Positions 24,468 through 37,586 of a stretch of 64,000 nt of DNA are shown here, piece by piece (within the stretch, counting starts at the first letter, position 1; every line of letters starts with the position of its first letter). Under the pieces are notes generated by a model. It saw only the letters and a program-made list of their open reading frames with translations, made no database searches and was not told where the DNA came from. The translations under genes were made by a program, and so were the position numbers. Source of the stretch: Cirrosporium novae-zelandiae (taxonomy: Eukaryota); contig JAPETS010000040.1 of assembly GCA_026023565.1 (NCBI GenBank), positions 186,001 to 250,000 on the forward strand, written 5' to 3'.

Positions 24468-24743
24468 TCACGGATCGGTATAGCTGAAGCAATCTAAACA
24501 GGGCCTGGTATCATGCTTGCAGCTCTTCTCTTTGCATATATATCTATCCCTTTGGAACTTGTTTTGGGTGTCACACCTGCAGCACGACCACCAAAGTGAG
24601 CCTCTTCGCTGGCGGACCGGAGCCGTCTCGGGTGGAAGAAGAGGGAAGCCATCATTAGGATGGAAGACGGCCGTTGCACCACCACCACCACTACCACCAC
24701 CTAGGCAGGGAGAATCCTTGGAAAACTTGCAGATGTTACACAT
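24468..24743 (-). CDS. Small Cys/His-rich putative zinc-binding protein, 91 aa
   Basis: WWSCCRC..C-x4-C-x-H-x4-C-x2-C pattern, strong AAAA-ATG context, TATA-like element near 24912-24918 and a pyrimidine-rich leader. Confidence 0.5.
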   Translation of the reverse strand: MCNICKFSKDSPCLGGGSGGGGATAVFHPNDGFPLLPPETAPVRQRRGSLWWSCCRCDTQNKFQRDRYICKEKSCKHDTRPCLDCFSYTDP

Positions 24744-25429
24744 TTTTGCTTGCTTGCTTGTTACTTATTCCGAGGGTGAGAGGGTGAGGGAGAGAGATGA
24801 TATATATCTTCTATTTCTTTTTTTTCGAAAAAATGGGGGGAGGGGACAAAGATGGAAGTGAATAAGAACAGGCACAGATTAAGGAAGGAAACCTATCAGT
24901 AAGTCTCCCTCTATATAAACAAGCCGATTTTATTCTTCATCCGCTCCTTTGTTTGAGGCGAACCCTTCTCCCCGACTTCCCTTTCTTTGCTCGTGATAAC
25001 CCTCAACATTACTTTATTATACTTCCCATAAGGAATCATAACCTTTTAGGAACCGTGCACATGGTGAGCAGTCTTGGTATTTGCCTCCAGGTCAATGCAC
25101 ATGTTTTTTTTTTTTTTTTTCATCGAGATCCTCGACTAGTTTGGGGATTGGAAGAAGAACAATAACAACAAGAACAAGAAAAAAAAGAAGAAGAAGCAGA
25201 GGAAGAAGGGCAAACGAAAAAAAAAGAATACTGATTGAATATATTTATATAACTATTAGATTGATGATATTATTGCTGCTGATGATACTTGCTATAGCCC
25301 CTATTCCCTTGCACGTGCTTAGATATGTCCAAGTAACTATAGCCGAACCTCGATTTTGGGTGTTTGAACGAAGTGCCGTGGAGTTAACATTCACCTTGAC
25401 GTTTCTTCATTCACCCATTCAGGACTCAT

Positions 25430-25950
25430 GGGCATCTGATAACAATAGACAGGGGAGGGTTAGCGAATGACAGCTATGGATCGACAAGAAATACTGGGGC
25501 AGTTATCTTTATCTTTATCAGACACCGAGCATGTTATGCACGCTGTTCCACCTATTTTATCCCACTCATCGAGTACCTCCGTTGTCAAGTTCGAGTTTTG
25601 AAATCAACTGCTATCGATATCTTATACACAATCTTTTTATTTTCATGACGTGACATACATGGACAAGTTCTGTTATCAAGTTACCTTCTTCTGCTTTAGT
25701 CTTTCAGCTGTGCTGTTTGATTCGCTGCTACGATCATCGCTGAATTTTCCTATCTATCTCACTCACAAGGATCAGCATAATCTCATCTTTCCCCTGCTAG
25801 TTTCTATCATAACGCTTATCTTCGTGATATCGGTATCCATCGTTATCATCACACAAAAGCTAGAAAGACTCGTTCTTAATAAGATGCTCGTTGAAGCGCC
25901 ATTTCATTATGAATCCATTGTGCTTTTAACGGCCTTAATTACTATCCATC
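25430..25950. promoter_or_regulatory. GATA-element cluster (AreA/NIT2-type nitrogen regulation) upstream of DUR3
   Basis: At least 15 GATA/TATC cores within about 520 bp, including TTATCTTTATCTTTATC near 25503-25519. Fungal urea transporters are known AreA targets. Confidence 0.6.
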
Positions 25951-25953
25951 ATC

Positions 25954-28187
25954 ATGGGTGGTACACTTGAAGTGCTAACTCCAGGCGTAGGCTATGGCAT
26001 GGTGATTGGAATTGGCGGTTTCTTCGCTATTTTGATGCTTGCAATTACTTACCTCCAAAATAGATATACTGCTTATTCAACTACCCAGGCGGAGGAGTTC
26101 AACACTGCGTCACGGAGCGTCAAACCTGGTCTCATCGCCGCTGGTATAGTATCATCATGGACATGGAGTGCTACCCTTTTGACCTCTTCAACCTTTGCAT
26201 ATTCTTACGGTATCTGTGGGGGCATGTGGTATGCAGCCATGGGAACACTTCAAATTCTTCTCTTTTCACTTATTGCCATCAAGATCAAGGCCAATGCCCC
26301 TGGCGCACATACTTTTCCGGAAATTGTGCTGGCTAGACATGGAAAGTTTGCCCATGTCACATATCTATTTTATGGCTTAGCCACAAACCTACTTGTTGGG
26401 GTAAGCTCAAGCAATCTTTTTATATTGGGTTGACTTGCACTGATTATACTGGAAGGCTTGCTTGGTTCTAGGAGGAAGCCAAGTTGTAGCCGCTTTGACC
26501 GGAATGAATGTGTATGCTGCCTGCTTCCTGATCCCTGCCGTGGTGGCTGTGTATGTCATAGCCGGAGGACTCAGAAGCACATTTATTGCGGATTATACAC
26601 ACACAGTTATTCTGTTTATCTCTATATTTGTTTTTGGATTCTGCATGTATGCTACTAGTGATATTGTCGGGAGGTACGTATAGATTAATGCTTACGGGGC
26701 CCTACATCTCAAGCTGACAATTAAGCAGCCCTGGAAAGCTATATGACATGTTGGTGGAAGCCTCAGAAAAAATGCCAATTGCGGGGAATTACCAGGGCTC
26801 TTATCTAACTTTCAAGTCTGTCAATGGGCTCATATTCGCAATTGATCTTCTGGTATCAGGGTTTACTACAGTCTGGCTCGATCAAGCATACTGGCAACGG
26901 GCGATTGCTTCAAGACCCGAAACAAGTGTGCGTGCTTATATTCTAGGCGGTATCGCCTGGTATGGCATCCCATTTGGATTTGCCACTGCCATGGGACTGG
27001 GTTGTGCAGCTCTTACAAATTCTACGGAATTTCCAACATACCCAAACTCATTGACAACGTCTCAGAATGGGTCGGGTCTCTCATCACCAGCGGCTGCGAT
27101 CACAATCCTAGGGAAAGGAGGCGCTGGTCTTTTATTACTCCTCCTCTTCATGGCGGTAACCTCCAGCACGTCAGCCGAACTGATTGCGGTATCTTCCCTC
27201 ATAACTTTTGACATATATAAAACCTATATAAAGCCATCAGCTACATCCCACCAACTACTTGTGATGTCTCATTATGGAATCATCATCTACGGCGTCGTCC
27301 TTGCTGCATTCTGTTGCATTCTGAACGCCGCGGGCCTGGACCTAACATGGGTGCTTACGGTGCTCGGGGTCATCGTCGGAGGAGCCGCCATTCCAGTCGG
27401 CCTTGTCCTGCTCTGGGATAAAATGAGTACCCCCGCTACCGTTCTTTCGCCATGGATAGGTTTCGCCTTCGGCCTTATAGCCTGGTTCATAACCACGAAA
27501 AAGCGAAGCGGTGTCATAAACGTTTCCACATCAGGCGACTCTGAAAATGCGGTTGCCGGAAACATTGGGAGCCTGATGGGCGGCCTCGTCGTCGCCGTCA
27601 TCCTATCGTTTCTCTTTCCCAAGAAATTTGTATCCACCGATCCGGTGCATCTGGAGCGAAGCAACAAGATCAACGGTATCGCCGTAACCCCTGCTCAAGG
27701 CATAACAACAGGAACAGCCAGCCCCACCTCCCCTCTCGAGAAGCCCGACGACGAAAAACCCCACCCTGCCACCGCTATTGCCGAACCCATCCCCATCCCC
27801 ATGCCCACCACCAACGAAATAACCTCCTACCTCTCCACTACGCACCTAGAACCCATGGACCCCGTCTCCGTCGCCAAAGCCACGCGCCTCTCCGTCGGTT
27901 TCAACCTCCTCTTCGTGGCCATCGCCGTAATCCTAGTCCCCTTCACACTCTTTGGAAGCGAGTACGTGTTCTCGAAGCGGTTTTTCACGGGCTGGGTGGT
28001 GGTTAGTTTCTTGTGGGTTTGGGTTAGCATGGTTATCTGTGTTGTTTATCCGGTTGTGGAGAGTAGGGGGGCTTTGAGGGGGATTTTGGGGGGTGTTTGG
28101 GGGGATTTGAGGGTGGTGTTGGGGGGGAGGAAGAGGAAGGGGATGGGGGTGGTGGGGAGGAGAGGGGGAGGGGGTGTGGAGGTGTAG
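25954..28187 (+). CDS. DUR3: Urea active transporter (DUR3, SSS family); exons 25954-26400, 26456-26673, 26729-28187
   Basis: EEFNTASRSVKPGLIAAGIVSSWTWSATLL, GGLRSTFIADYTHT, DQAYWQRAIAS and AVTSSTSAELIAVSS, with many TM segments and splice sites in consistent phase. Confidence 0.93.
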
Positions 28188-28611
28188 GGTTTGAATGATA
28201 GAGTTACGATGATGATGATGATGATGATGATTTCATTTTATTGATCCGCATGTCACTTCTCCTAAGCTATAGCGGACATAAATGATAGACTTATAGAATA
28301 AACTCAATACAATATAATAAACTCCTAACTCCTCTACACTACTAGGTACCTACCTGGGTAACCAACCCCCCCCCCTTCCCATACAGATATTCATACCATA
28401 CCATACCATACCATACATGCACACAGGTCCCAAAATAAATGAAAGGGACTCACAAAAACTCATTCCCTCAACTATTTATTTTCCTCCCAAAAAATGGTGT
28501 TTGCTCTAATGCCTATATCAAGATAACATCAACAATCAATTATTGGTAGAACTGTTTATTGTAGTAATTACTTGTGATTATTATATTAAAATATTATAAT
28601 GATAATAGTAA

Positions 28612-28612
<1 letters not shown>

Positions 28613-28642
<30 letters not shown>

Positions 28643-28783
28643 AAGAAGAAGAAGGAGAAGAAGAAAAATATGAATTTTGTGAGGTCCCCGTTTCATTTTT
28701 GGGACTTGCGTGCATATATATACTATATATGCCACACCTCTCAAATCCCAAATCCCAAATCCCAAATCCCAAATCCCAAATCC
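28613..28783. repeat. Microsatellites (GAA)n and (CAAATCC)x6
   Basis: Direct reading. The same heptamer occurs as (GGGATTT)n at 2713-2737. Confidence 0.9.
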
Positions 28784-29880
28784 GATTAAGAGTCCATACT
28801 CCCCCTCCCCCTGTCACCGTCGTCGGTTCTCCTCTTCCTAATCCCATCATGTTAGCACACCCCTCCCCCCAAAAAAAAACAAACAAACTCACCATCATCC
28901 CCTTACGATTTTGTTTTTTTTTTTCCCAAAAAAACCAAAAAACACAAGTTCCACAATAACCAAAGAATTTAAATATCACATAGCAACCCAAAAATATAAG
29001 TTGGGATTATGAATTTATTGGAGGGTATTGTTTGTAGAAGTTTTATTATATTAATATGTGTGATGCATAGAGGGTGCGTGAATAAATGAATAAATGAATG
29101 AAGCAACTCCCAGTAGAGCAGGGGGGGGGGTTGATGTTTGATGTTATATTATAATATCACTTCCCCCCCCCAACCCCCTATTCAGGCTACAATGTATAAT
29201 ATATGGATATTGAAAGAAAGAAAGAGGAGTTTAGGATTAGGGTTTTAAGATTTCAATTCATGTTAGAGACTTGACTTGACTGTACATGTACATACATATG
29301 TCTTTCTTTTCTCTCTTTTCTTTCTTCCTTTCTTCCTTTCTTACATTTCATATTCTTATATCCTAGGATTTACTAGACGGGAGGGGTTTTTTTCCCTTGG
29401 AAGGCTAGCTAGCTAGTAATTGTTGTCGTTGTTTATTGATATTGTTACTTACGGGTAATGGGAGGGTCAACTTATTTGTTAAGGTATGAAATATGTATGT
29501 GTGCGATTCTTTCCTTCCTTTTCCTTTCTAAGGACAGGCAGATGGCCCCCAATAGCCAGTAGCCCCGTAGGCAGGTAATCCCTTACTCAATCAAACATCT
29601 CAAGAAGCATCTATGAATTCTCAATATTTAATAGGTATAGATAGTACATGTACATAAATAAATCTAGCCCAATGAATGATCCAAAAAATGAAAAGAAAAA
29701 TGAAAAATGAGAATGAGAATGAGCTATTTGTGTATCTTCTCCTCTTCTTCGTTCGTTCGTTCGTTCATTAACCCCCTTCAAGAAAAAAAAAAAAGAAAGA
29801 AAGACATCCCCATTCCCCTTTTCTCCCACTAAATTACTAACCTTAATTATCACACACCCAAACCCATACGATACGATCAA

Positions 29881-30163
29881 TCACATAGCCCTCGGCTTCG
29901 CACCCTGTACAAGCAACCCCCTCCCCAAATCCGAATTCAACAAAACATTAACAACACCCGACGGTTGAATTTCATCATGAGGGAATGGACATGCTATATA
30001 CACAATCCATAATGCATTATTAGCCCTCCAAAAAGGAAGAAAGGGAAAGGGAAAGGAAGGGGGGGGGGAAACTCATACGTCTGGGTTTATAAACCCCAAA
30101 CCATAATCCCAATCCAAGTGCTAGGCCTGCAATCACGGTGGTTATGGAGATTATTATCCACAT
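29881..30163 (-). CDS. Candidate small single-pass membrane protein, 65 aa (exons 30163-30079, 29993-29881); may be the 3' end of a longer frameshifted ORF
   Basis: MWIIISITTVIAGLALGLGLWFGVYKPR followed by an intron GTATGA..GCTAAT..TAG (85 nt) that keeps the frame open to TGA at 29881. Confidence 0.4.
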
Positions 30164-30801
30164 GTTTCGACAGGCTTTGGAGCGATGTGCTTGCGCTTGG
30201 TCTTCTGCTGATGTTCTTGTACCGTGGTGGTTATGATGGTGGTGGCGGTGGGTTTGGGTATTGGTATGATGAGGGCGAGAGCGAGAGCGAGAAGGTGGGG
30301 GGAGCGTGTTAGGTAAGGGTGAGGGTGAAGATGAGGATGGGATCCGTGGACGGTGGTGGTGGGGGTTATTATTATGATGATGGGGGGGAGAATGAGAATG
30401 AGAATGAGAATTTCTGGTTGTTGTTTGGGTAGGGAAATGGGGGCGGAAGTTTTGAAGGGGGAGGAGGAGGGAGGGACCCCCCTGAGGCGCTTGGTGGGTG
30501 GTTGTGGCTTTTCATTTTTTTTTTTCTTTGGAGGGGGTTTGGAATAAAAATGAAAGAAGGTGTTTTATGGATATGAAAGATGTAGGGGGTGTTGGTTAGC
30601 GAGTAGAGTGTAAAGTCCAACGGGTGTTGGACGAGGACGTTGTACGTTTCCAAGTCGAGTTCAGGATGCGGACATTTTAAACACTAAGGAGATTATTATC
30701 AAGTGCAAACAGAGCTGTTCATTAAGTGCTATAAGTGATTTTCGACTGTCATTATGTGGTTTTGTACTATACAACACTTGACATCTCAGATGTAACAGAA
30801 T

Positions 30802-31675
30802 TCATAGCTTTTGCCCCCCCACCTTCACTTCAACAATCTGGTCTATTCCCTCGTACTCCGGTACATCAAAGTCGTACTTCTCCTTTGCCTCCGGAGTGAC
30901 GAATCTCCCCCCCATGAAGTGTCTCCCCTTGAACCATTTAACTAACGGCTTAGGCGCTGTCAGGCTAATCAGCACATCCGGCATGTAGTCACTTCCAACC
31001 TCCCCCTTTGCCGGAGGCCCCGTCTCAATTTCCCATGAAGAGGGGGCATCCACGGCAGTGACCGGCACGGGGGATTTGGCAAGGGCACTTATAACGGCCG
31101 GGAAGGGTTCGCGGAGGGGCCCCTTAAACGAGAATCCGAAGATGGCATCAACAACATGGGAGGTGCTAGAGAGTGCGGAGTCAAAATCCTCTGTGAAGGG
31201 AACACGAAGGGATTCGAGTTGGGTCACGAGCCGCTGGTAAAGATCATTTTTGCTCCTCTTGGGGTAATAAATGGTGGGTTCGTAGCCGTAATGCCAGAGA
31301 TGACGAGCCGCGACAAGACCATCTCCGCCTGGAGAGTACAAGGGGTCAGATTCCGGATATACGGAGAATGGAAATTCATACCATTATTTCCAGGGCCACA
31401 GGCGACGAGAATCTTCTTGCCCTTGCTAGGTGGATGAACTCGATAGACTGGGGGTATTTATTAATATCCAAAGGCTTATAAAACCCAACAAAATAAGCAG
31501 TACCAGCTTGAGATACGGACAGTCCAGCCAATTCCATCAACTGGTCAATTGAGAAGGCCCCGGTTGACATGAGGTCCTTATCCAGACTTGCTGCATTTGC
31601 GGCACTAATGGTCTGTGGTTGATTAGTTTGTCATTACCCATTCCCTAGAAGAGATTTAGTCACCTTCAAAACCAT
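30802..31675 (-). CDS. NNR1: NAD(P)H-hydrate epimerase (YjeF_N / AIBP); exons 31675-31664, 31612-31504, 31447-31382, 31328-30802
   Basis: FSIDQLMELAGLSV, CGPGNNGGDGLVAARHL, VDAIFGFSF, AVDAPS and LISLTAPK; four exons in phase. Confidence 0.93.
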
Positions 31676-32100
31676 TCTCGCGGCTGTGGAGAAATGCCTC
31701 AGAAACATGTACAGTGTTGCTGAGAAAATTGAAAGTGTTTACGAAAGGAGCTCCCATGGGCATTCTTATACATACATGACCCCTCCATCTCATGTCGACG
31801 TCAGAGTCAGGTAGGGATTCAATATCTTCTGCATATCTTCCCTTTTCTTTTCCGACAAAAAGCAAAAAACAAAAAGATATTGATAAGCTCTAGAGATTGA
31901 GTATAGAAGAATAAAACATTTGAACATGCCTGATAGTATTTTTCAAGTAGAAAATACTTTGGAGATCTATAGCTCTGCTCCGCATCCAGGGGATAAAAGT
32001 TTCTCCGCATCTCTACATCTGCGCATCTAAAAAGTTGAGCTCCGGCCTCTTCCCCAGCTTCTGCTAGGAAACCCTCCACTCTCTTGATAACCGACCGACA

Positions 32101-32691
32101 ATGGTGGTCAAGATCCGTCTTGCCCGCTTTGGCAAGCGTAATAAGGCATTCTACAACATTGTCGTTGCTCATGCCAGGTTTGCTGCATTTCCCAAAACCG
32201 CCAGTTACAAAACCTCCGAAGAAAGCTAACTTTCCGCAGAACCGCTCGCAATAGCAAGCCGCTCGAAGTATTAGGTGAACACCCCCTTTGATGAGCCAAT
32301 TCGTACCTGGTCCGAGTTTGTTTCCTGGACAATTTATCTCACAGTATTTCATTGAATATCAAGGCACCTATGATCCGTATCCTAAGAAGCCTCTTGAAGG
32401 GAATGGCAAACCCTACAAAGATATACAATTGGACGTTTCGCGCGCAAAGTATTGGCTTGGTGTGGGCGCTCAGCCTAGTGATCCAGCTTGGAGATTATTG
32501 AGCATGGTATGCATCAAGCTAAAGTTATTTTGTGGAATAACAGTCGACCTAGGCTGACATGGGAAATCGTACATTAGATTGGTCTACTGGAGCCAAAATT
32601 TAGACCTGGGAGGATAATGGACGAGATCAAAGAGGCCACTGGACCTGTGTCAACAAAAGGGCGGCCGAGTGCCAAGTTGAAGGAGAGATGA
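32101..32691 (+). CDS. MRPS16: Mitochondrial ribosomal protein S16; exons 32101-32177, 32240-32274, 32364-32506, 32578-32691
   Basis: [50 protein letters not shown]. Confidence 0.93.
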
Positions 32692-33140
32692 ATGGTGGAA
32701 TTGTGGATAAATAGGCATGCACAAGGCGTTGTGGAATAGCTGGAAAAAAACATTTAGAATTTTCTCATCGTCGAGGTGTACAGCAGATCTTGCATGGGGA
32801 ATTTCGGATGAACATACATCGAGCTTGCACTTGACAGTGCAAACATCGAAGCAGACTGGACATAGGCTCCATCAAGCTTTACTCTTGATATACGTGGGCT
32901 TATTGTACACAACCGCCGCCATCATTGACTGGATTGGGAAACATTGAGAGAACCAAGCGCTGCTTGCGGAATGTGGTAGTATTTTTGACTACAGACTGTA
33001 TATTATTTCTAATGAGATATAACGCTAAAAGAGTGAATCGGGGTAAAATACTCTATAAACAAGCTCCAAACGCCCTGGATATGCGCTGAATCTCATCGCC
33101 GTAAACATCTATTTGTACACCCTCAAAGGTCAACTTAAAT

Positions 33141-34955
33141 TCAACGGGAAACAATAAAGAAGGTGTTTGTGATTAAGCAAGTGATCATAACGACGACCCC
33201 GTAAATTGAAAGCGCAAGGCTAAGCTTTCGGAGAATATCTCGACGCCAGCCCCGCTTTCCGAGACCTCTTCCCCCAAGTAGACCATCCTCTTCTGTACGA
33301 TCAGCGTCCTCGTCATCATCCTCTTTCACTAGACGTTGGTGATGGGGAGAGTCTGGTGCTGAAATCTTATAATAGAAAAGGCCAGGCAAGATGAAGCTTA
33401 TGCTTGTACTACCTGTGCTGCCAACGTATGCTAATACAGCCTCGAGGGATGAAACGGTCATCGCAACGGTATAGCTGAGTATTATGATTACTGTGGTGAT
33501 AATCGCGAAGCGTATTTCACTCATCTCTGATATTGATGGAGAAAGTTGATTTTGAACAGGAGCCGAATCATCAACATGTCGCTTCCTTTTCCAGGAAGCG
33601 GGACGCCATTTAAGCACAGCATCGACCGAAGCACGGCAAGGATGCGCTTGAAGGGGATAAGAGAACATTACCAAGATTACAATGGCTGCTTTTCCGATTG
33701 TAGCGCTGACAGAAGCCGGATCTTCAAAGTGCAAGTTAGCATGCAAGCTTATAGTTCAAAAAGAAGACATACACATGGCTACAATATTCCCCAGGATAGA
33801 ACCCCCAAATGACAGGTAGCCAGTTATAGCCACTAGCAGATAGATAACGCCTGCTAAGCCAATGCTTGATGCGACCACCCATGTGGTCTGATAATGGGAA
33901 TTATCCGCAATCTCGTTCATGACAGAAAACATCTGTAATGGTTAGCTGTGTTCTCCTTAGGATGGTAAATATGGGACTAACGTTTTGATGGCATGTATAG
34001 GCGAAGACAATCACCGGAAAGCTACTGAGAGTAGGGATAGGGCCATCCCATGTGAATACTCTAATGGGTCCGCGATTTGCCATAGTATCCCCCTTTATGA
34101 AGTGCGCCAATACGAGCACGACAAGGTATCCTATCGAGACAAGAGCAATAATACTCGTATATTTCAAAGAGTCCAGTCGTCTTAGGAAGGAAAGCGGTAT
34201 CACAATAAGCCTAATTCCTTCGATCAGTAACTGGAGGCAGAGTATCTAGCTAGGACAACTTCTCACATGAACGCAGTAACCCAAAACTGCCGATCAACCA
34301 AGAAACTTATATCACCAGCATTCGGATTGAATCCTCTAACAACGCCGGGCATCAAATCCCCAATTATAATTAAATAACTGACTCCAACGCCGAAGCATTT
34401 TATGGCGATGGCTGCATCAAAGATGACAGCCGCATTAGGATAGGTAATCTGGGAAAGGGCAAAAAACGAAGCAGCTCCGCGATCAAGATAACGAGCGCTT
34501 TTCCATGTCCATTATCAGCTATTATAGTAAGGGTCTGTGTATTTGTGTAGAAAACGCACCATCTTGTCTGGAGATATAACCCAAAGCCGGCGGTCACACC
34601 AGCCCATATTATGATACACGATCCAAGGAATATTCCCATATGCGATAAGGCCAAGGGCATTGCTAGAACTCCAGCTCCGACGACTATGTATTGTCAGAAT
34701 AAAAAGGCCAGCTTCCAATATCATCAAGCTTACTAGTATTCACGAGATTGATAACACTACTATCAAAGCTGGCCAGTCCAGCAGTACCATGATCTTTCTT
34801 TCCTCTGTTCGAACCGGGTCTATGAAGTTACTCTGTAAGCATTTTTCTGAGAGCAGGTGACCGTTCAAGGAGAAATATACGTACCTTCGTCCTCGACTGG
34901 GTAAAAGTCCAGAATGGCTCATGGCCTCGTCGCTGGCTGGAGAGGTGGGATGCAT
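33141..34955 (-). CDS. Vacuolar amino acid transporter (AAAP, Avt5/6/7-like), multi-exon
   Basis: Spliced SSVINLVNTIVGAGVLAMP, AIAIKCFGVGVSYLIIIGDL, PVIVFAYTCHQN and VGSTGSTSISFILPG. The start codon is inferred. Confidence 0.9.
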
Positions 34956-35370
34956 TTTGCTCTCCAAGAATCAAACCAAGAGTTCCAAATCTACTACTTC
35001 AAAGAAAGGGAGATAACGGACAGTTATGTAGATAGATGATGGTTGGTATGCCAAGGACGGTGGATAGATGATTGATATCAGGAAATTAATTGTTCCATAC
35101 TAGGCCAGGATCCGATGACGGGTTCTTGCCTTGAGTTACAGAGGTTCACGAGCTCATCCATCAAACCCCAGGTAACTAAGGACTTGTATTATTAGGTATT
35201 CTTTTTGTGGAACCTGCGGGGTTAATCTCTCCCCATCAATTTATTCCATTGATAGATCTGAAATCTCAAGAAAATTCTGATTATAAGCTTCTCCCCAGCT
35301 TTACTAGGAGCTCTAAGCTTAATTGCTGTAGAGGTGTTTATTCTCTTCAACAACTACAATCAATCTTCCA

Positions 35371-36062
35371 ATGGACAATTCACAGGAAGATGTCTCTCTT
35401 GAGACCATAGAGCTATTAGAGGATCGTTTGCGCCGACTAGAATACTTGGTCACGGGCTCTTCGAGTTTACAAAATAACCATGATGCCGAAACTACAGCGA
35501 CTGAATCCAAGCCTGTATCCACGCGCCTCCAGGAGCTGGACTCGTCACTACGTATGCTAAGATCGAGATTTCGCTCGGTTCATGATCTTCTTATACTAGG
35601 TAACATCTATACCCTTGCAACATCTAGCTATACTACTAGTGCTAAACCCTAGAAACAGAATCTCGATATCCAGATCTGTTTCACGCCATCCCCCCTGCCG
35701 ATATTCCATCTTCACTAGACCCCTCCGAAATAGCTTCAATTGTCCTCTCTTGTGCCTCTTCGTTTCCCGAAACCGCTTCAAGGCTCAATTCGATCAAAGA
35801 TTTACCAATTCCATCCGCCGAAACCAGTGCGGCCTTGATAGCCCTTTCCCCGCGACTAGAGAAAATTGCAGCTAGACAGCGTACACAAACACAAGAGCTT
35901 GCGGATCTTAGAGCCCACAGTGCCGCAGTTCTGGAAAGATGGTACGAGCTCAGTGTTCTTGATGGTGGAGAATGCTGGGCGGAATGGGAGAGTCGCTTAG
36001 AGAAGGTAGAAAGACAAATCAAGAGGCAGGAACATATACAAGCTCAGGAGAAAATAGCATAA
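35371..36062 (+). CDS. ro-10: Nuclear distribution protein RO-10 (dynactin p24-like), one intron at ~35600-35652
   Basis: TIELLEDRLRRLEY, spliced YPDLF..FPETASRLNSIKDLPIP..LERWYE..ECWAEWESRL. Confidence 0.8.
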
Positions 36063-37586
36063 GAAATTTATGGTTTTAATTTGCTCGCGCACTTGATATG
36101 AGGAGTAGTAATGAACACCATTATTCTCGCGAAACCTTGGCTCTACCCTTTCCAGGGTCTACTCGGAACAAAACAATACCAACCATCCGTCACCCATCAA
36201 GTTAGCCTAAGGCTTCTCTAACGATGACCAAAATCCTCCTCCCTAATCCTATTTTCACAACTACTCTATTGTTCATTTTCACAGAGCATGGAACATCATA
36301 GGCCATACATTCGCCATAGTCTCTTTCTTCCAATTAAAACCGGATCAACCCAGCCCCATATCACCCACTTAGTCCTAGATCAAAAAAAAAACTCAGGAAT
36401 CGACTACACCATTACCGACAGCAATATCTAAATGTTGTCACAGTCGCATACAACGTTTTCAATCCAGTGCACCCACCCAAGCTTGCACACGTGCTAGGGG
36501 ACTTGATTCGGGATTTAGCAGTTCAACTTGGACTTTTATATGTGGAACTATTTGGGATTTGGTTTTGATCCGCTATAGGAAGCAACAGCAGCGGCAGCAG
36601 ACGAAAAGTGAAGTTTACAAGTAGGTAGTTGTCGAAGTAGTAGAAGACAGGATAGTTAAAAGTAAGCGTCAGCAAATACCAGTAATGAGGAGAGAGAAAG
36701 AAGCACAGGAAGGAAGGCATATCATATCATATCAAATGGCCCTATTTTTTTTGTCCTATCCTAATACTATTATAGAATAGGAATGGGAATAGTAATACGA
36801 AAAAAAACTCAAGAACAGAAAACATACATAGGAAATAAATTTTTTTTCAACATACATACATACATTCACGAACGACGTCGGGCCTATAAATCTTATATCT
36901 TAAATACCTAGGTAATTAAGTATAGATGTGAAAGCGTAGCTAGCTTGTATAGAATAGATATAGATATCGTAAATAAAAAAGGTTTTTTTTTTTTTTTTCG
37001 GCCCTTGGGCAGAATTTTTATTATTATCCATTCGGGTACTGGAGCTATACAATTTCCCAAAGCCAAACACATAAAAAAAAGTATGAGAGACCATATACTA
37101 TATCCCCTCATTGTTATTATTATTATTATTTTCCCCAAAAGATTACCCTAGCCACAAACAACATCATTAGAAATGAATAGCCAGCCCCCTCCCCCTTCTA
37201 CCATTCAAAAAGTAAATCTACCAATCATGCAATCATACAACCTTTACATATTAAAAAAGAGCAAATAAGTTCATGTCCGTCCGCCATACATAACCTGCAA
37301 GGCGACATGCCAGATAATAAAATGAGTAGGCATCAAGAGAATGCGAATAGCTTGACACAAACAACAACAACCATGTTGCAACGACCTTCTTTCTTGTTCC
37401 TTGCCACCACTCCATCCATACATAGATGGCCTTGACATCTCCACCAGCCAGCCCGTCCACTCAGAATCACAACCCACATAGCAACATAGCTCAAAGCGAC
37501 AACCCCCCCCCCCGCCTTCCCCCACTCCTCCTAATCATACTTTTTAAACTATACCTACCTACCTACCTGTTTAGTCCAACTATTCA

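Noticed and set aside
25400..26730. TPP riboswitch as found in fungal DUR31-type transporter genes
   Set aside because: No CTGAGA / GAACTTGATC / TAAT core, and the introns are only about 55 nt.
10775..36062. apsA and ro-10 as a nuclear-migration gene cluster
   Set aside because: They are 20 kb apart with unrelated genes between; no evidence beyond proximity.
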